DNA from: Anaerolineales bacterium
GTDB lineage: Bacteria; Chloroflexota; Anaerolineae; Anaerolineales; E44-bin32
Assembly: GCA_034430395.1 (NCBI GenBank)
Contig: DAOUEQ010000036.1
Coordinates: 2,116-66,115, forward strand
Direction: 5' to 3'
Length of the DNA stretch: 64,000 nt
The translations under genes were made by a program, and so were the position numbers. Shown piece after piece: positions 45,094 to 53,717 of the stretch (the first letter of the stretch is position 1; the number at the start of each line of letters is the position of its first letter). Below the pieces are notes generated by a model. It was given only the letters and a program-made list of their open reading frames with translations. It was not told the DNA's origin and did not search any database.

Positions 45094-48045
45094 TTATCCT
45101 CTTTCCTCGTTTATCAGGGGCAACCATACAGTAAATACGCTTCCAATTCCGACATCGCTCTCAACGCCTACAAGACCATTATGCAGATTCACAATCTCCC
45201 GCACAATCGCAAGACCTAAGCCGCTTCCAGGGATCTTGTGCTCCCGTGCCATAGTACCACGATAAAAACGATCAAATAAAAAAGGTTGGTCATCCTCAGA
45301 GATCCCGGCACCATTATCTCGGACTTCCACAGACGCATGAGGAATTCCATCTTTCTCGTCTTCACTGTTGATATTCAGAGAGATCACCCCACCAGGATCG
45401 GTGTAGGTTGTTGCATTCGCGACCAAATTGGTGAAAAGGCGTATCAACTGATCGCGATTCCCCAGAACCATTGCTGAACTCTCGGTTTCACAAGCAAGGT
45501 GTATATCCTTCTCCTCACAAGTGGGGCGATGCCGCTCGACAACCTGATCAAGGATATCCGTGATCTTTACCGGTTCCATCTCGATTTCTTTCTGAGACTC
45601 CAAACGTGAGAGATCCAACAACTCCTCTATCATACTCGTAAGCCGATCCGTCTCCTGGTTGAGCACGCCCAGATACCTCTCTTGATTATCCTGTCTAGAT
45701 CTCTGGAGCAGCGAAAGGTATACCTTGATATTCGCAAGAGGAGTTCGCAATTCATGTGAGACAGTAGCGACGAAATCACTTTTTAACCTATCCAATTCCT
45801 GCAAACGCGTGATATCCCGCAGAATGATCACCGTGCCAATAGAGCCTCCATTTAGTTCAACCGGTGAAGCGAGAGCTTGGAATGATGCCTCGCCGATATC
45901 GAATGATTCTTGAACCCGCCTCTTTGCTTCATGCAGGCGAGAGATATGCGTCAGCACCTCCTCACTCCATTCTCCCGCCATCAGGTTCTGCGCTTGTGGG
46001 TTTGCCATAACCAGGTCCCCAGCAAGATCGAAGACAAGTACGGCGTCCGCAACGGAGCGTAGAATCGCCTCGGTTTGTTCCTTCTGGGACTGCAGCTCGG
46101 CGGTACGGCTTGCGACTCGCTCTTCTAGCGCGGCGGCATGATCATGGATCTCGCCAAAGAGACGGGCATTGACTAACGAGATCGCGATTAAGGAGGTCAG
46201 AACTTGAAGCATCTCCAAATCCTCCTCCCCAAGCTGTCCAACTCCTTCGTTGTCAACAATCATTACCCCAAGGACTTCCCCAGCGATTGAGAGAGGCAAG
46301 ATCAACTCACAGCCTGTGTTGGGAAGTTCGGTCTGGTGTCGAAACCGCGGCTCCTTGCTGACATCCGAAATCAAAAGCGGCTGATCCGTTTGTACAACCT
46401 CTTGAGCCAATCCCGCGGCGTTCAAATCTAGCGGCTCTATCCAATTCACGGGAAGCCCTTCCGGGCCGCGCAAATATGCACATGGGACCAATCCGCCGCT
46501 TTCGTTCAGCAGAATTCCTACGGCATAGTACTTAAAAACTCTCAGTGCACCCGCTGCCACTTCGAGAGCCAGCTGTTGGACATCGAGGATCGAAACCGCA
46601 CGGCGGCCGACCTCATACACCAAGCGCATCTTCTCGGCACGAGCAGTGGAGCTGCGCAGCAAACGGGCGTTCTGTAATGCCACTCCCAATTGTCTGGTAA
46701 AACCAAGCGCAATTTGTAGATGGTACTTCTGAAAGAATCCCTGCACCCTGCTGCCCAGGGCCATCCCCCCGATAATCTCAGACCTCCACAAGATCGGCAC
46801 ACCCAACCAAGATCTGATATCGACTGGATAACGTTCAAAACCAATGAGCAGTGGATCTTCAACTACGCGTAGAAGAATGGGGCGTGCGTCGTAAACCACG
46901 TGCCCCAACGCCGATCGATCAGGCGGAACGACAAGATCACCCACCTGGGGCGCTCCATTTGAGAGGGGGAAACCTCTTACCTGGCGCACTATCAAATCCC
47001 CTTCTTCTTTGAGAATTACACAAGCAGAATCGAAGGGAACTACCGTCTTTAGTAAATCAAGGACTTGATCCTGGATGGTCTCAAAATCGAGTGCCGAGCT
47101 GAGCGCATAAACGACCTGCTGTAAGGCCCGCTTGACGCGCGCATCACGTTGTAAGCGATCCAATGATTCCACTCGAATGAGCTGCGTGCTCAACCTGTTT
47201 GCGAAGGTCTGTAGCATATTTTGGTCATGGAGGGAAAGGGTGTCGGCAACCATCAGGATCCCACACGGCTGCTCTCCCTCCAGGATCGGCAGCATGAATA
47301 GCGCATTCAGATGCAGCCTCTTGACCAAACCCTCGATCTCTGATGCAGTCGCCCAATGAAAAATTGACCGGAGGATTTCCCCGGGGCGATCTGAATAATA
47401 TGAAGAAAGACCGAGGAGCACATCACCAACGGGATGCACGACACTTTCGGGGTCCGGTGCAAGCATTCCAACCTTTTCAACTAGCAAATCAATCTCATGG
47501 TTAATATCTATTGAGTAGCTTGAACCGTGTAAGACCCAATGTCGATCCACCGGATCAATGCTGATATACATCGAACTCAGCCCAAGCCCGCTGAGCAGTT
47601 TGATCGCATGTTCCACGATCATCCGTCGGTGATTTCCCTTATATTGATCAAGATGAATCCGCTCGAGTTCATCCGCTGAACGAGAGATCAAACCCGGTCG
47701 CAGATAGCCCGGAAGATCTTCGAGAAATCGGATAATGCCCGACGTTGTTTTTTTGAAGTACCGGGCAGGGAGTATATCGCCTTCGAGAGGCTGCTCCGCG
47801 AGCAGGAAAAGCTCAGGCCGGTTAGAAATTTCTTGGTAAATAAGTAATACCTGTAGGAGTGTGGGAATGTCGATGGGCAAGCCGAGGATTAAACTATCGA
47901 AAGGGCGCTCGCGCAGGGCTTGCACACAGCTATCAGCGCTCGCCCGAATCACGGCTACATACTCTTCGCAGGATCCCCGAATTGCCTTGCGTAAAAGACG
48001 CCGGCCTTCCGGATCTGGGTCAAAAACCAGCAACCGGAGTTTCAT
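45094..48045 (-). CDS. Large sensor histidine kinase: pseudo-receiver + multiple GAF + PAS + HisKA + HATPase_c
   Basis: 983 aa. The N-terminal receiver-like fold has Gly where the phospho-Asp is expected (FDSLILGLPID). The H-box is SHELRTPL and the G-boxes are DNGAGI / GSGLGLAIV. Confidence 0.85.
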   Translation of the reverse strand: MKLRLLVFDPDPEGRRLLRKAIRGSCEEYVAVIRASADSCVQALRERPFDSLILGLPIDIPTLLQVLLIYQEISNRPELFLLAEQPLEGDILPARYFKKTTSGIIRFLEDLPGYLRPGLISRSADELERIHLDQYKGNHRRMIVEHAIKLLSGLGLSSMYISIDPVDRHWVLHGSSYSIDINHEIDLLVEKVGMLAPDPESVVHPVGDVLLGLSSYYSDRPGEILRSIFHWATASEIEGLVKRLHLNALFMLPILEGEQPCGILMVADTLSLHDQNMLQTFANRLSTQLIRVESLDRLQRDARVKRALQQVVYALSSALDFETIQDQVLDLLKTVVPFDSACVILKEEGDLIVRQVRGFPLSNGAPQVGDLVVPPDRSALGHVVYDARPILLRVVEDPLLIGFERYPVDIRSWLGVPILWRSEIIGGMALGSRVQGFFQKYHLQIALGFTRQLGVALQNARLLRSSTARAEKMRLVYEVGRRAVSILDVQQLALEVAAGALRVFKYYAVGILLNESGGLVPCAYLRGPEGLPVNWIEPLDLNAAGLAQEVVQTDQPLLISDVSKEPRFRHQTELPNTGCELILPLSIAGEVLGVMIVDNEGVGQLGEEDLEMLQVLTSLIAISLVNARLFGEIHDHAAALEERVASRTAELQSQKEQTEAILRSVADAVLVFDLAGDLVMANPQAQNLMAGEWSEEVLTHISRLHEAKRRVQESFDIGEASFQALASPVELNGGSIGTVIILRDITRLQELDRLKSDFVATVSHELRTPLANIKVYLSLLQRSRQDNQERYLGVLNQETDRLTSMIEELLDLSRLESQKEIEMEPVKITDILDQVVERHRPTCEEKDIHLACETESSAMVLGNRDQLIRLFTNLVANATTYTDPGGVISLNINSEDEKDGIPHASVEVRDNGAGISEDDQPFLFDRFYRGTMAREHKIPGSGLGLAIVREIVNLHNGLVGVESDVGIGSVFTVWLPLINEERG

Positions 48046-48089
48046 CAGTGCTCTCCGTCCCTAACTGTGCGACGAATGCAATCGGAAGG

Positions 48090-49415
48090 CTAAGCTGACC
48101 GTGGGGCTGTAAGCAGTTTATAGCCGCGACCCCGTCGTGTAATTAAATAAATTGGATCGGTGGGGTTGGGTTCAATCTTACCTCGCAGGCGGCTGATCAG
48201 TTTCTCAACACGAGCGTCATCAACGCTCCCGAGGTAATCCTCCCCCCATACCGCAGTTACGATCTGGAATTTATCCGTTAGCTTATCCCGCCGCTTATAA
48301 AGGAGATCCAATAACCGATACTCTAAGTCCGTGAGAACTGGGATTCGAACGCCATCAACCCATACATCGCCGGAATCAGTGTCGAGAAAAACCCCGCGCT
48401 CCTCTACATCATGTCCTCGGCTCTTCCTGGCGATGAAATCGGCAAAGATCGGTGAGAATGGTCGGTTGGCAACGAGCATGCCCAGGGAGTCTAAATGGCG
48501 CATTTGGTGCTGGGGTAAACCAGCTTTTGGTTCGAGCACCAGTGAGGATAAACCGGCTCGTTCCTCCCCATTGAGCTGATGCCACAGCTTCATGCACTCC
48601 GCGCGTGGCTGGGCCTCGAGCCGAACATAATCCGCAGAATCCCCTTCCCAATCCTTTGGTAGATGGGCAAGAGCTTGGGACACTGCCACCAGCATCCCCG
48701 GGTGCCCACCCCCCAACTCAAACGCCTTTTCCTTAAATTCCTTCTTCAGATCGCGGAGATTTAAAGCTTCAAGCAGCACGTGAGACTCTGCACTACTTAG
48801 CAGCGGCATGTTGTAGGTGAAACGGGAAAAGAGTTCAGCGAATTCATCCTCAAAGGCGTCACCGCGCAATTCCGGCAAGCTGCGCCGTGTGGCTGTCGCA
48901 TAAACAAGACGATCACGAAAGCGGTCACGAAGTGCTCGCAAGTTCAGGAGCGCTCGGTTTTCCAACGCTGTGTAGATCTCGTCGAACTCATCAAACAGCA
49001 GACATAGATTTTGATCCAGTTCCTTGCAGAGTTCCGAAAGGGCGAGGTTGAAAGAGAGCGAAGCAGTGAAAGATGAATCCGCCTCTGTAATTGTCTGGTG
49101 GTACACCCTCAAATTTGTTAATAGGGCGGTAGGGATTTCTTCAGCAAGGCGCTCCAGTGTTGACCGCAGAACGACCTCATAAAATGCCTGACCCGAAATT
49201 GCGACTGCCCGGTTGCAGTCGATATATATTAAGAAACCGGACTGACCGGCTTTCGACCGATAGAACTTTTTTGCACTCTGGTCCGCCAGCGAGCGCATTA
49301 AATTGGATTTTCCGCTGTTGCTTAAACCAGCGATCGAGACACAGTGGCCCGCAGCAAGTTCAGTTAGCGCAATTTCGGTGAGGGAAGAAAAAGGAGTGAC
49401 TTTCTTGGCCATCAT
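48090..49415 (-). CDS. P-loop ATPase fused to a C-terminal OmpR/PhoB-type winged-helix DNA-binding domain
   Basis: 441 aa with Walker A GLSNSGKSNLMRSL and Walker B-like CLLFDEFDE. The C-terminus LEYRLLDLLYKRRDKLTDKFQIVTAVWGEDY...RVEKLISRLRGKIE...ITRRGRGYKL is a trans_reg_C signature. Confidence 0.75.
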   Translation of the reverse strand: MMAKKVTPFSSLTEIALTELAAGHCVSIAGLSNSGKSNLMRSLADQSAKKFYRSKAGQSGFLIYIDCNRAVAISGQAFYEVVLRSTLERLAEEIPTALLTNLRVYHQTITEADSSFTASLSFNLALSELCKELDQNLCLLFDEFDEIYTALENRALLNLRALRDRFRDRLVYATATRRSLPELRGDAFEDEFAELFSRFTYNMPLLSSAESHVLLEALNLRDLKKEFKEKAFELGGGHPGMLVAVSQALAHLPKDWEGDSADYVRLEAQPRAECMKLWHQLNGEERAGLSSLVLEPKAGLPQHQMRHLDSLGMLVANRPFSPIFADFIARKSRGHDVEERGVFLDTDSGDVWVDGVRIPVLTDLEYRLLDLLYKRRDKLTDKFQIVTAVWGEDYLGSVDDARVEKLISRLRGKIEPNPTDPIYLITRRGRGYKLLTAPRSA

Positions 49416-49502
49416 ACCTCCACATACAAAGGCAGGGTCAACATCAGGCTGACCCTGCCACCGGTAGTTCGGTTGTCAAGCAGGCGATTAATAAAGCTGC
49501 TA

Positions 49503-50057
49503 TCAAGTAGTGACACGAGTCCGCAGACTGCGTGCGATGAATATTAAAGCCAGGAGCAGTCCACCCGCTAGAGCTATGGCTGGAATTCCGACTTCATCAG
49601 CGAACCCGGTTGCAGGAAGAGCCGTCGGCGTCGGCGTTCCTCCACCGCCTCCCTGCGCTGCTGCCAGAGTCAGCTGAGCCGCAGCCGTTGCTGTCTCCGG
49701 TGCTAAAGTAGGCAAGGTCAGGAACGGTGTCGGTGTGTCCGTTGGGAGGACAACCACCAGCGTGGGTGTCACCGTCGCTGTTGCATCCGGCAGTTCAGTC
49801 TCCGTCGGTGTGCGTGTCGGCGTTTTTTCAAGGACGACAGCAGTCTGGGTTAACGCTTCCTCAGTATTCTGTTGTTGGACAAGCACCACCTCAGTGGCGC
49901 GGGCTTCTTGCTGCCGCGGTGCCAGTACCAAAGCATAAACCAACAGACAGATCATGCTCAGAACCAGCAAGCCGCCCAGCGAGACAGCTGCGATCACGAA
50001 AGTCCGATTAGATGACTCTTCGGGCAGTGGACCGCCTACATCAAAATCTTCTGCCAT
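49503..50057 (-). CDS. Thr/Pro-rich surface protein with N-terminal TM/signal anchor and C-terminal LPXTG-type sorting signal
   Basis: 184 aa. The C-terminus has LPATG, then the hydrophobic IPAIALAGGLLLALIFIA, then the basic tail RSLRTR. Confidence 0.65.
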   Translation of the reverse strand: MAEDFDVGGPLPEESSNRTFVIAAVSLGGLLVLSMICLLVYALVLAPRQQEARATEVVLVQQQNTEEALTQTAVVLEKTPTRTPTETELPDATATVTPTLVVVLPTDTPTPFLTLPTLAPETATAAAQLTLAAAQGGGGGTPTPTALPATGFADEVGIPAIALAGGLLLALIFIARSLRTRVTT

Positions 50058-50093
50058 GGTCTCTACTCCTCAGCTTTTATATGCCTGCTCGAA

Positions 50094-51176
50094 TCACTGC
50101 AGTATCTCGATATTCGCCAGCGGAACTGTTTTGGTTCCAATCCCGTCAATTTCTATTATTGCGCTCTTAGCTCGGATGCCGCTAGGGTAGGTCTCCACGC
50201 GTTTAAGTATCTCCTTAACCACGGCGACTTCCCCAAGATAGGGCGGCTTTAAAACCCGGACTCGCACCCCAGGTTTCAACGTTACAACCCGATCAGGATG
50301 AGTCACTTGACGACTGGATGGCTGAGGGATGATTACCTCCGGACGCTGTCCAGGTTGCGGCCAAGCAGAGCCTGCATCCACCGCGACCTCACGCCCCACA
50401 TTGCTAATAAAAAGATTAAACGCGGCTGCATTAATGGGATGATCCCCGAACCCCTCGGTGAGCAGAACCGGATAAGGCAACCTGCGTGCAACCGGGATCA
50501 ATTCAGATGACATTCCACCCAGGATCACCCCGCGAACAGAGAGCTCAGTCGCCTGATGAAACGGCGCCGGATGATCACACATCCCCGCAACCAGAACTGC
50601 CCCGCGCAGATTAATATCCAACTGATCTGTCTGCAGGCGAGAGGATGGGCCATCGCCCACCAAACGCATGACGCCGAAGTTCTGCAATCCATTACCCCAT
50701 ACGCCTTGGATCAAGGTACCTATTGTTTCAATCGTTACAACCTGTGCCCCATCCGATGAGATGACCTTTCCGGGGAAGCCGGCCTTTATCTGCAACACTT
50801 GGCCATAGGTTTCCAGGAGAACTCGCCCGCTGTTTATCGACGCGATGCGACCTGATGCTGGGGCACGCACTGTTCTACGTGGTACTCCCGCCGGTCCCGC
50901 GAGCACATCACCGGTTTCTACTCGATCCCCCTTATGGCAGGTAATATAGCGTCCTGCATCTTTCGCCGAGACACCCAATCCGCGGACAACATCGAGGTAA
51001 TAGTGCTTCGGATCGATTTCAGCTTCGGCGACGATGTCGGTTGCCTGAAGGCGTTCGTTAACACGCACTAATACCGCCCCCGGCACTGGAAGAACACGCT
51101 CGCGGCGGATAACTGTAATAGGGATGACGTGCGTCATCGAAGATAAGAATAATTCGCTCATGCTATGAGCCACCAA
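50094..51176 (-). CDS. Hypothetical protein with barrel-sandwich-hybrid (lipoyl/HlyD-like) motif
   Basis: 360 aa with the KGDRVETGDVLAG hairpin motif and a C-terminal KOW/SH3-like stretch VRVLKPPYLGEVAVVKEI. I do not recognise a family. Confidence 0.6.
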   Translation of the reverse strand: MVAHSMSELFLSSMTHVIPITVIRRERVLPVPGAVLVRVNERLQATDIVAEAEIDPKHYYLDVVRGLGVSAKDAGRYITCHKGDRVETGDVLAGPAGVPRRTVRAPASGRIASINSGRVLLETYGQVLQIKAGFPGKVISSDGAQVVTIETIGTLIQGVWGNGLQNFGVMRLVGDGPSSRLQTDQLDINLRGAVLVAGMCDHPAPFHQATELSVRGVILGGMSSELIPVARRLPYPVLLTEGFGDHPINAAAFNLFISNVGREVAVDAGSAWPQPGQRPEVIIPQPSSRQVTHPDRVVTLKPGVRVRVLKPPYLGEVAVVKEILKRVETYPSGIRAKSAIIEIDGIGTKTVPLANIEILQ

Positions 51177-51206
51177 GCATGAGGATGCAAGAATGGTGCC
51201 AATACT

Positions 51207-52967
51207 TCATTCCCTAGCTCCAATATCATGCAACCACTTCTTGTTCAACTCGCGGCGACGGCCAGGATCCTTCCCAAGCACAAGCGGTCGCCCACGCGCG
51301 TCGATGATCAAACCAACGGCCCCACCCGCAATGCGCAGTGCTCCTGCTTTCCCGGGTCCTCCGAAGCCGACATCGATCCCGCGTTCAGGTCTGAGCGTAA
51401 GGTGAGCATGCTCACCTTGCCGGATGGGCACAATTGCGAGCTGACCCATTCGAACCTCGCCGACAACGTCCTCACTACTTTGCTCGAGTTCGAGGTGCAG
51501 ACTGAGAATCTTGCGTCCCATCCGGGCATTCCCGACTGGCGACACAACTGTCCCCAGGCTCACGAAGCTTCCGGATTCTAAAACATGTACACTCAGCATT
51601 GGGACCGAGCCTGACGCGGCGCCAAGCGATGGGGAGAGTCCGTGCGGATCTAGCACAAGCGTTGTGATCCCTGTTGGCTCTAAGGCGTCCAACAATGTTA
51701 ATGCAGCATATCCTGGTCGAGGAGCTCTTGCCAAGACACTCCCACTGGCGATAACCGGTTCCACAGGAGGCATTAGCCAAGTTGATTTGAGATCTTTGCC
51801 CTTGGGCCAGCGCTTGCGAGCGCGTTTCAGTGATAGCCGCAGAATCTCACGCGCCAATGCTAATTCTAGAAGAAGATCATCATCTTCGGTAGGAACAGTT
51901 CCCGGGTTAATCGATTTGTTATAGATGTAATCCAAGATCATTCGCTCCGACGTCTCGGATGGCAGCCAACGGGCAATATCGTTGAGACTGCAATGCCGGA
52001 GCAGAGTCGGCAAGGGTTCCCCTAATCCCAAGTCTGTTTCAACACTCAAGCGCAGATCTCCCTCGAATGCTGCAGCGATCATCGTATTGTTTGCGCCTAC
52101 ATCCACACCAAGAACACCCTTCGCCGGGTCGTAGATGCGGCTCAAATAGCGGATCACCCTACCGTACGCGTCAGCAGTGAGCATCATGGTGCCGCCAGAC
52201 CATTGTTCCAATTCATCAAAACCGCGCACCCGTTTATTACGCGCCTCGGCGATCGCCTCTCCGAGCGCCAGACGGGCATGCCCCAGATCCTCCACACGGA
52301 GACTGGGTCTAACATTCGGTGCAAGAGCGATATCGACCCGTTCTCCCACGCGGTCGGCGATCGCGGCGCCCAGATTGCGGTTGCCTGCATATACGATCCG
52401 TGGTCGTTGATTCGGGGGGAAAAGGTCGCTGGCTACAGCGACGAATTCGATTAATTGCAGAACGGAATCCTGCGCGCCGCCATCCGTCCCGCCAACAACG
52501 AGGATCAAGTCCGGGCGGGTGGATAAGATAAGATCAATTTTTTCCGATTCGCGTCGACTATCCAGCAGGTCAATGACACCCACAAGGTCTAAATATGTCG
52601 AATCGGCGAGTCGCAATGCGCTGTCTGTTGAAACTCCCGGCATCAGACCCACAAGTACCGTTCGGACCTTCGGTCCCGCTGAAGCCGTCGCAACGAAAGT
52701 ATCTACACCCGATCCCTGGCTGGTGACGGGCATGATCAGCAAGTCCGTTTCGTCGAGCAATTTCCTTCCTGTAACGGCCAGCACCTGGTCGAGAGCCATT
52801 CGAACACCCTCGCTAATATCGAACAAAGGTGCTTTTGCAGTTGACGGTGCTCGACCAGAAGCGATCAGACGAAAGTGGCCGTCGACGACATCGAATAGGC
52901 TGGCGCGCGTGCTCACGCTGCCCACATCGACAGCCAATATGGTATCGGCATCCATTATCGTACTCAT
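51207..52967 (-). CDS. Actin-fold (ASKHA) ATPase resembling glutamate-mutase accessory protein GlmL/MutL
   Basis: 586 aa with phosphate-1 motif ILAVDVGSVSTRASLFD, the second-lobe motif LVVGGTDGG and later VLGVDVGANNT. Confidence 0.65.
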   Translation of the reverse strand: MSTIMDADTILAVDVGSVSTRASLFDVVDGHFRLIASGRAPSTAKAPLFDISEGVRMALDQVLAVTGRKLLDETDLLIMPVTSQGSGVDTFVATASAGPKVRTVLVGLMPGVSTDSALRLADSTYLDLVGVIDLLDSRRESEKIDLILSTRPDLILVVGGTDGGAQDSVLQLIEFVAVASDLFPPNQRPRIVYAGNRNLGAAIADRVGERVDIALAPNVRPSLRVEDLGHARLALGEAIAEARNKRVRGFDELEQWSGGTMMLTADAYGRVIRYLSRIYDPAKGVLGVDVGANNTMIAAAFEGDLRLSVETDLGLGEPLPTLLRHCSLNDIARWLPSETSERMILDYIYNKSINPGTVPTEDDDLLLELALAREILRLSLKRARKRWPKGKDLKSTWLMPPVEPVIASGSVLARAPRPGYAALTLLDALEPTGITTLVLDPHGLSPSLGAASGSVPMLSVHVLESGSFVSLGTVVSPVGNARMGRKILSLHLELEQSSEDVVGEVRMGQLAIVPIRQGEHAHLTLRPERGIDVGFGGPGKAGALRIAGGAVGLIIDARGRPLVLGKDPGRRRELNKKWLHDIGARE

Positions 52968-52974
52968 AGGCTTC

Positions 52975-53700
52975 TCATGTCCCGCCCACTATTTGGGTAA
53001 GCACATCGTGAAGAAATTGAAATCGCTGCGCCAACACGACAATCGTTGCCATCAGCGCACCAGCATACATCACTCCGAAAGTCACGGCGATGAAGATCTG
53101 ACCAAGATAAGCAAATATTTCAGCAATGCGTGATCGCCGTGCCCCCCCTGTCAGCTCCCGCTGGGCGCTGAAGCGGAAATATATCAATACACTGATTGTC
53201 GCCAGGATCAATACCAACGCGCTGATGAGGTTTTCCAACCATATAGATAGTGGTTCGCCTGAGGTGGTAAAGACGATTTCTTGTGACAGCGTTTCGGCTG
53301 CGGCCCTACTCTGCGGTATCAATGTGCCCGTGATGCTTCCGCCTACAACGACTGCTGCGCCTACACCAACAAGAAGCGCAACCGGTAAACTCCCGAATCG
53401 CGACAGCCGGGGAGAGAGCTTTAATAGCAGAAACAGCACAAGCATCCACGGAATCAGGAATGTAACGGCTCCCTCACGCGAAAACAGACTGACAAGTTCC
53501 TTGTCAATGAGCGGTTGAACAAGTGTGGGTTTTACAACATTAGCCCAGGCGATGGCGCCGGCGAAGCCAGAAGCGATCCCGATGAATAGATATGTCGCAA
53601 TCCGGAAGAGGACATTGTCACCTATCACGTAGCTCAAGATCATCACTGTGACGAATGCAGCAACGATCATTTCGATGAAGTCGAGCGGTAACTCGGGCAT
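52975..53700 (-). CDS. Integral membrane protein (about 7 helices), unknown family
   Basis: 241 aa, uniformly hydrophobic, 7 nt upstream of the ATPase gene. Confidence 0.6.
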   Translation of the reverse strand: MPELPLDFIEMIVAAFVTVMILSYVIGDNVLFRIATYLFIGIASGFAGAIAWANVVKPTLVQPLIDKELVSLFSREGAVTFLIPWMLVLFLLLKLSPRLSRFGSLPVALLVGVGAAVVVGGSITGTLIPQSRAAAETLSQEIVFTTSGEPLSIWLENLISALVLILATISVLIYFRFSAQRELTGGARRSRIAEIFAYLGQIFIAVTFGVMYAGALMATIVVLAQRFQFLHDVLTQIVGGT

Positions 53701-53717
53701 CTAATTTATGTCTCTCC

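Noticed and set aside
52519-53133. 204-aa and 214-aa (55768-56412) plus-strand ORFs inside the minus-strand operon
   Set aside because: They are antisense shadows spanning gene junctions, with Ser/Arg/Pro-rich, low-complexity translations.
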